NCBI GenBank assembly: GCA_034521515.1
Contig: JAXHMH010000002.1
Coordinates: forward strand, 640,444-704,443
DNA length: 64,000 nucleotides
Reading direction: 5' to 3'
DNA from: Candidatus Saccharimonadota bacterium
Lineage (GTDB): Bacteria; Patescibacteriota; Saccharimonadia; Saccharimonadales; JAXHMH01
A program made the translations under genes and the position numbers. Each line of letters opens with the position of its first letter. The first letter of the stretch is position 1. Under the pieces are notes generated by a model, which did not search any database, was not told the DNA's origin, and was given only the letters and a program-made list of their open reading frames with translations. Positions 17,022-24,891 of this stretch are shown here, piece after piece.

Positions 17022-17684
17022 ATGAAAGTGCAAATTGTATCATTGTTTCCAGAGATGTTTGAAGGTGTGCTAAACGCTAGCATGCTCTGGAAGGCGCAAG
17101 ATAAGGGCGCGGTTGAGTTTGCGTATGTAAACCTACGCGACTTTGGTTTAGGCTCGCGAAAGCAGGTTGATGACACGCCGTATGGCGGCGGTGACGGCAT
17201 GCTATTGATGGTTGAGCCGCTCGTATCAGCGATTGAGCAGGCTAAAAAGAACGATCCAAGCGCTACAGTGATTATGCCGACGCCTCGCGGTAAGACGTAT
17301 AAGCAGTCTGACGCCAAGCGATTGGCCGCTAAAGCTAAGGGAATGATTTTAGTTTGTCCTCGTTATGAAGGTTATGATGAGCGCGTCACAAGTTGGATTG
17401 ATAAACAATTTTGCATCGGCAACTATGTTTTAACAGGCGGAGAATTGCCGGCAATGGTGGTCATAGATAGCGTGGTGCGGCTTTTGCCTGGAGTGCTCGG
17501 TGGCGAAACGTCTGCTGAAATTGAGAGTTTCCAGCAGGATGACAAATCAGTAGAATTCCCGCAATATACACGACCGGAGGAATTCCGAGGATTACACGTG
17601 CCGGACGTACTGCTGAGCGGTCATCACGCCGAGATTAATAAATGGCGTAATCAGCAGGATAGCCAGGACAATAGAGTGCAATAA
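17022..17684 (+). CDS. trmD: tRNA (guanine37-N1)-methyltransferase TrmD
   Basis: MKVQIVSLFPEMFEGVLNASML.., PYGGGDGML, CPRYEGYDERV and YVLTGGELPAMVVIDSVVRLLPGVLG are all typical TrmD blocks. Confidence 0.92.
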   Translation: MKVQIVSLFPEMFEGVLNASMLWKAQDKGAVEFAYVNLRDFGLGSRKQVDDTPYGGGDGMLLMVEPLVSAIEQAKKNDPSATVIMPTPRGKTYKQSDAKRLAAKAKGMILVCPRYEGYDERVTSWIDKQFCIGNYVLTGGELPAMVVIDSVVRLLPGVLGGETSAEIESFQQDDKSVEFPQYTRPEEFRGLHVPDVLLSGHHAEINKWRNQQDSQDNRVQ

Positions 17685-17688
17685 AACT

Positions 17689-18546
17689 ATGGAACAGAGT
17701 GATAATCCAAAAGATTTATTCGATGAGACGCGTTACGCACGCGAAGTTTTTAGTAGCGTGGAGGATATAATTAGTCTCCCTGATGATATTGAGCCAAATG
17801 TGCCCGATTTGAAGGAGTTAGTAGCTGGCGAAGGGGAGTATATAGTAGCTTCTCTTGCTTCATATGGGCTCGAACAAGCTTGGGTGGAGAAACTGGACAG
17901 GCTCGTCCATGACTCTGATCGGCTACATGTAATATTTGAAAATGATGCTTTAGGTGCGCTAAAGACAGGGGTAGATGCCGTGAGAGTTCGTGATGAAAAA
18001 GTAGAAGTAAGTGTGGCGGCCAGTACACTGAGAGCGTTTATATCAGACGCTTATCATTCCATTAAGCCAATTGGCGATAATTCAGATTTGTGTTTTGCGC
18101 GAGATGCAGGAATAAAGATGCTCTACACATACGCGGTATCTTTAGGGGTAACTAGTTCTCTTGGTATTAACGACCTTCACGCCGAGCTAAAACAGGATTC
18201 ACATATTCGAAAGTTTTTGACGATAGGTAAAGACGATGAATTTAGTGACACAGATACTGAGCAATATGCAGCCTTCCTTCCTTATAGAGTGGCGTCAAGA
18301 CTTTCGATCGACAGATTAGAAAGTATGTGCGCTAAGTTCTTCGATGCGGATTCAGACGCGGCTGGTGAGGTCGTACAGGAGTATGCAGAAAATAGGCAGC
18401 GAGCACTACGAATGTTAAAGTCTGCGAGCTATGCTGGGTTCAGCCTGGTCGATTTGGCAAGCGCATATCCTCTGTCAAATGATGCAACGAGACAATTTGT
18501 ACAAGACATGCCCGGTGCTTTAAGGCAGGTAAATCGTATAGGTTGA
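17689..18546 (+). CDS. Hypothetical protein
   Basis: 285-aa ORF directly after trmD, where rplS is often found. No motif recognised. Confidence 0.5.
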   Translation: MEQSDNPKDLFDETRYAREVFSSVEDIISLPDDIEPNVPDLKELVAGEGEYIVASLASYGLEQAWVEKLDRLVHDSDRLHVIFENDALGALKTGVDAVRVRDEKVEVSVAASTLRAFISDAYHSIKPIGDNSDLCFARDAGIKMLYTYAVSLGVTSSLGINDLHAELKQDSHIRKFLTIGKDDEFSDTDTEQYAAFLPYRVASRLSIDRLESMCAKFFDADSDAAGEVVQEYAENRQRALRMLKSASYAGFSLVDLASAYPLSNDATRQFVQDMPGALRQVNRIG

Positions 18547-18660
18547 TACGTGACTGCAGTTGTAGTTTGGGGTGCCTTGGTGGCATAGAAACCATGGTAA
18601 ATAGGCAGTTATTGCGGTAAATCAATAGAATTTATGAGCCGTTTAGCCCTAATAAATTGC

Positions 18661-18822
18661 TTAATCAATAAGCGTAAGTATTATGTAGACGCTAACGATG
18701 ATAAACATGCTAACCCAAACCAGTAATATTGGCTTAGAACGTCGTTTATAACTCTGCCGTATGCCGTAAGCGCAGATAGCCGTCCATATAATTAGAACCA
18801 GTAATGTAAAAAGTATTTGCAT
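18661..18822 (-). CDS. Possible small two-TM membrane protein (53 aa)
   Basis: Encodes MQILFTLLVLIIWTAICAYGIRQSYKRRSKPILLVWVSMFIIVSVYIILTLID. It is below the ORF-track cutoff, has a hydrophobic-basic-hydrophobic layout, and sits in an otherwise empty 420-bp gap. Confidence 0.35.
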   Translation of the reverse strand: MQILFTLLVLIIWTAICAYGIRQSYKRRSKPILLVWVSMFIIVSVYIILTLID

Positions 18823-18964
18823 AAGCTTTATTGTACCAGTTTTTACTAAGCTAACTATTATTTATAAACTGTGCGTATTACATTAAAAGCGGAGGATATG
18901 TGAACAAACCGGCTGCATATTGAGTGTTCTTTACGTAGAATTTACCATAGAAAGGGGTTTTGGT

Positions 18965-19549
18965 ATGTCAAAGAACAACCAAGTAGATCCAGTAGAGCGA
19001 GCTTTTAGGGTGATAAAAAGAAAAGATTTTTTACCCGATGATATAAAACACAAAGCAGATTTAGATAGTCCGCTCCCAATCGGTTATGGTCAAACCAATA
19101 GTCAACCATCGACGGTACGCCGGATGTTGGAGTGGCTGGAGGTTCAAAAAAACGAAAAAATTCTTGATGTCGGCTCCGGTTCAGGTTGGACCAGTGCTTT
19201 ACTGGCCAATCTGGTCGGTAAAGAGGGGAGGGTTTACGCTGTAGAAAAAGTGCCTCAGCTTAAAAAATTTGGTGAGGATAATTGCTCACGGGAGGGGATT
19301 GATAATGTTGCCTTTTTTGAGGCAGGCGAGGTGTATGGTCTGCCAAGGCACGCACCGTATGATCGGATTTTGGTAAGTGCAGCGGCTGGTTCGCTGCCTG
19401 ATGAGTTGTTGCAGCAGTTGAAAGTTGGCGGCCGCGCGGTTATACCAGTCGAAGGTTCTGTTCATGTGATTGACAAGTTATCGTCAGATAAATTTCGTGA
19501 CATGCAGCACCCGGGTTATCTTTTCGTACCCTTAATTAAGCACCAATGA
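18965..19549 (+). CDS. pcm: Protein-L-isoaspartate O-methyltransferase
   Basis: Contains the SAM motif ILDVGSGSGWTSALLA, ..YDRILVSAAA.. and ..LKVGGRAVIPV. ATG 18965 has AAAGGGG upstream. Confidence 0.8.
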   Translation: MSKNNQVDPVERAFRVIKRKDFLPDDIKHKADLDSPLPIGYGQTNSQPSTVRRMLEWLEVQKNEKILDVGSGSGWTSALLANLVGKEGRVYAVEKVPQLKKFGEDNCSREGIDNVAFFEAGEVYGLPRHAPYDRILVSAAAGSLPDELLQQLKVGGRAVIPVEGSVHVIDKLSSDKFRDMQHPGYLFVPLIKHQ

Positions 19550-20060
19550 CCTGACCGTCTGTGGTGTTTCGATCATCGGTATAATTATCTAAATTATTGC
19601 CGTCAGGCAGACTAGTGTTGTTTGGTTTTTCGTAGTATCCCATAAATACTGCCTTTTCTAGGACGTTTCCTTCAAGCGCGTTGTCTAGTTGCTGTCTAGT
19701 GGCACCTTTTTCAAGTTTGGTTGGCGATTTAAGGGCGAACAATGTTACATAATATCTATGTTTACCGTCAGGTGGACAAGGACCATCGTAATTTTGGTTA
19801 CCGAAATCGTTTTTGCCCTGAAGGCCGGTTTTAGGAATAGAATTTTCAAGTATCTGCAGTGTGGCTGGTGACATATCATACAGCATCCAGTGAGTGAACA
19901 GTCCTGCAGGTGCGTCCGGGTCATCAATAATCAATGCCAAACCGGCAGCATCTTTTGGTATATCGGAAAACGTAAGAGGAGGATTCACATTATCTCCATC
20001 ACAGGTGTAAGAGCTTGGAATTATTTCTTCGTGTCGAAAGGCCGAACTAGTTATTGTCAT
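19536..20060 (-). CDS. YbhB/YbcL (PEBP / Raf-kinase-inhibitor-like) family protein
   Basis: Contains YTCDGDNVNPPL..ALIIDDPDAP...FTHWMLYDM..GYDGPCPP.G.HRYYVTLFAL. Confidence 0.85.
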   Translation of the reverse strand: MTITSSAFRHEEIIPSSYTCDGDNVNPPLTFSDIPKDAAGLALIIDDPDAPAGLFTHWMLYDMSPATLQILENSIPKTGLQGKNDFGNQNYDGPCPPDGKHRYYVTLFALKSPTKLEKGATRQQLDNALEGNVLEKAVFMGYYEKPNNTSLPDGNNLDNYTDDRNTTDGQVIGA

Positions 20061-20201
20061 CTTATATACCTCCCATTCTAATACCCAAATTCTAGCTAAA
20101 CTAGAAAGCTGTCACTATGATAATTTTATCGCTATCGACATGAAAAGACTAAAATGCCGCCTACTCAACGGGTTTTTTCATTACTATGGTTTAATAGGTG
20201 T

Positions 20202-21566
20202 ATGCCAAAAAGTCACACAAAAACTCACGAGCACGTACATGAAGTCAGGGAACTCATCCATGCGGGTCAGATTTCTAATCTGCGTACGTACTTAAAACGC
20301 CTTCACACGCAGACGGTTGTTGAGATAATCGATGAGCTCAGCGATGCCCAATCCACGCTGGTATTTCGCTTGCTCCCAAGAACCCTTGCTTCAAAAGTTT
20401 TTCGTCGCTTAGAGTTTCATCAGGAAGAACAGCTTCTAAAGGGCTTAAGTAAGGAAGAGACAGCCAAGCTGCTGCACTCCTTAAAACCCGATGAGCGCGT
20501 CAATCTGATTGAGGAGATGCCCGCCAAAGTTACTAGACGGATGCTCAATATGTTAGAGCCTGAAGATAGAGCAGAAGCCGTTAAATTGCTTGGCTACCCC
20601 GAAGATAGTATCGGACGCTTAATGACCCCTGATTTTGTGGCTGTGAAAGATAGTTGGACAGTAGAAAAAGCGCTTGAACACATGCGCGATCGAGCCAAAG
20701 AAAGCGAAACCATCAATGTAGTGTATGTGGTCGACAAGACATGGAAACTGTCGGGTTTTATCGAACTTAACCGGTTAATACTAGCTGAATCAGATCAAGG
20801 CGTGACAAGTATCATGGATGATAGGGTCATTAGTCTGTCGGCTTATGACGACAGGGAGCACGCTGTTCGGTTAATGAATAGTCACAAACTGTCGGTTATA
20901 CCGATTGTTGATTCCGGGGATACGTTGATTGGTATTGTGACTTTTGACGACGTTATCGAAGTTGCCCAAGAAGAGACAACTGAGGATTTTCATAAAACAT
21001 CGGCCATAGCCAATCTTGATGTAAGCTATCAAAAAGCCGGAGTGTGGCGACTGGTACACCGTCGAGCCGGTTGGTTGATTGGGTTGGTGGTTATAAACCT
21101 GGCCTCATCCGGAGTCATCGCGGCTTACGAAGAAACACTTGCCGCCGCATTGGCACTGGCCTTCTTTATCCCGTTGCTTATCGACAGCGGCGGAAATGCG
21201 GGAGCACAATCAGCTACGCTCATGATACGAGCGATTTCCACCGGAGAGGTTCGTTTATCTCAGTGGTTTAAAACAATTTATAAGGAAATGGCGGTTGGTA
21301 TAAGTTTGGCTATAGTGCTTGGTATTGCCAGCGCTGGAGTCGGTATGATTCGAGGCGGTCCGGTTATTGGGTTAATTGTCGGTCTATCTATGGCAGTTAT
21401 TGTTGTTCTAACGAACTTGCTTGGTAGCTTGTTGCCGTTTTTACTCTCTAGATTGAAGATAGACCCAGCGGTTGCTAGCGGGCCGTTAATCACCTCAGTC
21501 GCCGATGTGATGGGTCTGGTCATCTACTTTTCTATTGCCACGGCGCTGCTAGGACAACTGGCATAA
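20202..21566 (+). CDS. mgtE: Magnesium transporter MgtE
   Basis: Has an N-domain, tandem CBS domains (VIPIVDSGDTLIGIVTFDDVIEV) and a C-terminal TM domain with PLLIDSGGNAGAQS. ATG 20202 has AGGTG upstream. Confidence 0.9.
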   Translation: MPKSHTKTHEHVHEVRELIHAGQISNLRTYLKRLHTQTVVEIIDELSDAQSTLVFRLLPRTLASKVFRRLEFHQEEQLLKGLSKEETAKLLHSLKPDERVNLIEEMPAKVTRRMLNMLEPEDRAEAVKLLGYPEDSIGRLMTPDFVAVKDSWTVEKALEHMRDRAKESETINVVYVVDKTWKLSGFIELNRLILAESDQGVTSIMDDRVISLSAYDDREHAVRLMNSHKLSVIPIVDSGDTLIGIVTFDDVIEVAQEETTEDFHKTSAIANLDVSYQKAGVWRLVHRRAGWLIGLVVINLASSGVIAAYEETLAAALALAFFIPLLIDSGGNAGAQSATLMIRAISTGEVRLSQWFKTIYKEMAVGISLAIVLGIASAGVGMIRGGPVIGLIVGLSMAVIVVLTNLLGSLLPFLLSRLKIDPAVASGPLITSVADVMGLVIYFSIATALLGQLA

Positions 21567-21632
21567 ACAGTGTGCTGTGTTATAGTTTTTAACAATGATT
21601 TATAATCGTAAGCAATTAGAGGTATAAAGCTA

Positions 21633-23285
21633 ATGGATGGCGACAAGAATAAGCCAGAAAATCAAGACGATAGTGTAAGCAATCAGTCTGAAAACTTAAA
21701 CCAACAGGCACAAGAATCAACAGATTCCACAAACGAGCAATCAGTGCAACCTGACCAAACAATTCAGCCACAAAATCCGACCAACCAACCGACTGGACTA
21801 GATTCTGACCCGGTAGAGTCTTCAGATACTAGCAAGCCGGCCGAATCAACTTCGGCGGAGCCAGCACAATCAGCTACAGGTGAATTACCAAGCCAAGATA
21901 AGCCAGACGTGCAAAATAGTACTCCTTCTCTAGGAACTCCAGAGGTTGCCAAACAGCCGGAACCAATCAACAAGAAAAAGAAAATGTCTCTTAAGGTCGC
22001 CATAGCCATAACAATATCATTACTTGCCTTAGGAGCTGCTGGCGTGTTTGGTTGGTATATCCCCAACCGACCAGAAAATGTTTGGGCGGCTGGCATGGAG
22101 CGATCAGGTGAAGCTTTCGAAGAAATTGTGTTGTCGAGCGTCGAGCAAGAATCTCTCGACACTCTCAAAAGCATGGATTTTAGTGCCCAGCTTGACGCAG
22201 CTTTCGAAGGGGGAATTATTACCGGTTCGATGAGTGCACGCTATACAGATGAGGTTATTGATAGTAGTCTAGCGTTTGATTTGTCAGCTGATGGGGAAAA
22301 CGCAAGTATGGAGGTTGATTTTTTGACCGAACAACCCGAAGATGCGGTTTTCCCAGATAGCTACTTTAGGATTACAGGGATTGATTCGTTTGGGCTTGAT
22401 ATGTTTATGCCGGGTATCTCAAACTATGACGGACAATGGATAGAGGTGTCGGGCGATTGGCTAGAAACGTCCGCGCCAGATGATATTGTTGATGCTTTTG
22501 AACGTGACGACCAAGAAGACGAACTACTGACGGCCGAAGAACTTACCGAAATTACTCAAGCGGCAATTACTCCTATCCGTGACAGACTGTTTACCTCCGA
22601 TGATGAACGCGCAGTACTGAAGATGGGTGATTTTAAGGGGACAGAGAGTCTTGAGGATAATGTGACAGCCAACCGATATGAAGCGACTGTAGACCTGGAT
22701 AATGCTGCGGCGTTCTGTTATGAGCTGGCTGATTCGGTCTTATCAACCGATGCCGTACAAAATCAAGAGGACGTTGATAGTCAGCAAATCGAGGAGTGGA
22801 AATCATCGGCTCAGGAATCATGCCAGCGCGATACAGAGAGCGAGATAGAGGATGAAATCGAAGTTTGGATAGATACTCGGACTAAATTAGTGCACAAGAT
22901 TCGTGTAACCGATAACGATAATGAAAACAATTATACAGAGATCGGCCAATCCTACCAGGGAGGAGACAGTGTTCCTATGTTCATGCGGTTTTATGAAGGT
23001 GACTCTGGTTTATCGGCTGAATTTGACATTGAGACCAATATAAAGACGCATACTACCCAAGCTACATTGCAGTTTGAACAAGCAGACAATGATATTTATG
23101 TCACACTTGATTTTGAAGCCAAACCGCTAGGCTCAGAGTTTGAGATAGAACCACCATCTGATACTGTACCGATTCAACAGTTACTGGATGAACTCAATAG
23201 GCCATTACCGGGCTTGGATGAACCAGCCGATCCAATGACCGAGCCGACTTTCGAACTTGAAAACACACCAAACCCACAAACATAA
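21633..23285 (+). CDS. Membrane-anchored acidic hypothetical protein
   Basis: 550 aa with a Q/P/S-rich disordered N-terminus, one TM helix (VAIAITISLLALGAAGVFGWY) and a large acidic ectodomain. Confidence 0.55.
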   Translation: MDGDKNKPENQDDSVSNQSENLNQQAQESTDSTNEQSVQPDQTIQPQNPTNQPTGLDSDPVESSDTSKPAESTSAEPAQSATGELPSQDKPDVQNSTPSLGTPEVAKQPEPINKKKKMSLKVAIAITISLLALGAAGVFGWYIPNRPENVWAAGMERSGEAFEEIVLSSVEQESLDTLKSMDFSAQLDAAFEGGIITGSMSARYTDEVIDSSLAFDLSADGENASMEVDFLTEQPEDAVFPDSYFRITGIDSFGLDMFMPGISNYDGQWIEVSGDWLETSAPDDIVDAFERDDQEDELLTAEELTEITQAAITPIRDRLFTSDDERAVLKMGDFKGTESLEDNVTANRYEATVDLDNAAAFCYELADSVLSTDAVQNQEDVDSQQIEEWKSSAQESCQRDTESEIEDEIEVWIDTRTKLVHKIRVTDNDNENNYTEIGQSYQGGDSVPMFMRFYEGDSGLSAEFDIETNIKTHTTQATLQFEQADNDIYVTLDFEAKPLGSEFEIEPPSDTVPIQQLLDELNRPLPGLDEPADPMTEPTFELENTPNPQT

Positions 23286-23355
23286 AAGGGTCGGTCGCTT
23301 GCAAGCAAAGTTTTTATATTAAAGTGGTGCGATTTCAGCTACTTGTAAAACAGTG

Positions 23356-24669
23356 TTAAAAACTAAATTCTTCAAAATATAGCTGATTGTCGAGACCAAG
23401 CTCCTGTGCCTGGCTTTCATAAGCTTTCAACATACCGGGCGGGCCGCATATATATATCGCATAATCATCTAGCTCGCCAATCTGCTCAGCGATATCTTTC
23501 AGAGAAATTATGCCAAATTCATTTTCCGGCAGACAGGTGTAATCAAAGGCTCGATGACCTTGTTCGATTATGTCCAGGATATCTTTGTCAATCGCCTCTT
23601 CGTCTGCCCGAGCACAGTGAAACATTTTGACCTCGGGGGCTAGTTTACTGAAGCGAAGGCTGTGCGCCTTACTCAAAAACGGCGTTACACCAATACCACC
23701 AGCAATCCATAGCTGTTTACCATGTTTTTTGTCATTAAAAGTGAAGCCGCCGTAAGGTCCTTTCAGGCGAGCTTTAGTACCTGGTTTTAAATCAGCCAGT
23801 TTATTAGTGTAGTCTCCAAGTTGTTTGACTAAAAATCGCATCTTTGAGCTATCATTGCTCGAAGCGACAGAGTAGGGGTGATATTCTTCGGCGTCCATAG
23901 CATCAAACGCCACGTAAAAAAACTGCCCTGGTTTAAAGCTAGGGATTCGGTATTTTGGCTCAAGCTCAATATCAATAACGCCACCCGGTAACACGTGAAC
24001 GTTGGAAACCTTGTATTTATAATAAGGATGGAGGAAGTCGGCCAGCAATGAATAGTGAATGAAGGTTAGCGTAGCGGTAAGTGACAGTATGAACATATAC
24101 CACCACATAAACTGATTGTTTGCCAGCACTGACTCAGGACCGGATGAAAAGGCGTGTACCGCGCCAATAACAAATAGCACTCCAAGCCACCTGTGAACCG
24201 CGATAAATGTTTCGTGTCGAACTTTGAAAAAAATTGACCATAATCCAATAAGAATAAGACCGTAGAGCGAAACCCGACCCAGCGCAACCGCTAAGTCGCT
24301 AAAACCAAGAAAATGTTGAAGAAGATTACCGGCACCGTTATCTGCTATGTGCAGTATGGTGTAGCCAAGAGGGTGGAACAACAGGAGTGCCAAAGCAGCG
24401 GTACCGAAAAATCTATGTGCCACATAAACTTTATCAAGCCCTCTAAACCATGTATCTAGGAACTTAAAACGCCCGCTTAGTATTAGTGACCAAGCAAACA
24501 TTGCCATACCGGCAAAAGCTGCCGTTCGTTTTACAATATGACCGATAATTTCAATAAGATCTTTATCGGCAAAGTCGAACCCAATCATCCAGGCGAGCGA
24601 GGGGATGAGTATGATAAATAAGCTGATCGCTAGTCCGGGGCTGAACCGTATTTTTTTGTCTACATCCAT
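23356..24669 (-). CDS. Ferric-reductase-like transmembrane protein fused to an FAD/NAD(P)-binding oxidoreductase domain
   Basis: Has an N-terminal multi-TM domain with His-rich helices, an FAD motif (HPYSVAS) and a nucleotide-binding motif (AGGIGVTPF). Confidence 0.8.
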   Translation of the reverse strand: MDVDKKIRFSPGLAISLFIILIPSLAWMIGFDFADKDLIEIIGHIVKRTAAFAGMAMFAWSLILSGRFKFLDTWFRGLDKVYVAHRFFGTAALALLLFHPLGYTILHIADNGAGNLLQHFLGFSDLAVALGRVSLYGLILIGLWSIFFKVRHETFIAVHRWLGVLFVIGAVHAFSSGPESVLANNQFMWWYMFILSLTATLTFIHYSLLADFLHPYYKYKVSNVHVLPGGVIDIELEPKYRIPSFKPGQFFYVAFDAMDAEEYHPYSVASSNDSSKMRFLVKQLGDYTNKLADLKPGTKARLKGPYGGFTFNDKKHGKQLWIAGGIGVTPFLSKAHSLRFSKLAPEVKMFHCARADEEAIDKDILDIIEQGHRAFDYTCLPENEFGIISLKDIAEQIGELDDYAIYICGPPGMLKAYESQAQELGLDNQLYFEEFSF

Positions 24670-24773
24670 AAATTAATCATAAACAGTATAGCGTAATTCG
24701 CGCGCATAAAACAATTAACTCGCCGAAAAGCATTTTATGATACACTAAGCTTAATCAGGTTAAATCAAAACAT

Positions 24774-24891
24774 ATGAAGCCATATTATAATCAGTCCACT
24801 AATGAGGCCTTGCATTCACTTGAATCTAGCGAAGCGGGTTTGTTAGCCTGAAGTAAGGTAACAGCGAACCGAGCAGTATGGGCCAAACGCT
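24774..24891 (+). pseudogene. Disrupted 5' segment of the P-type ATPase gene (frameshift plus in-frame TAA)
   Basis: ATG 24774 gives MKPYYNQSTNEALHSLESSEAGLLA* in frame 0. The ATPase frame upstream of 24892 reads ..PEVR*QRTEQYGPNALTLKGEPLW. Together these reproduce the usual cation-ATPase N-terminal domain, interrupted twice. Confidence 0.6.

Noticed and set aside
24859-24861. Programmed read-through or recoding of the TAA in the ATPase 5' region.
   Set aside because: A frameshift is also needed about 10 nt upstream to join the frames, and no recoding signals were recognised. Pseudogenisation or sequence error is more parsimonious.
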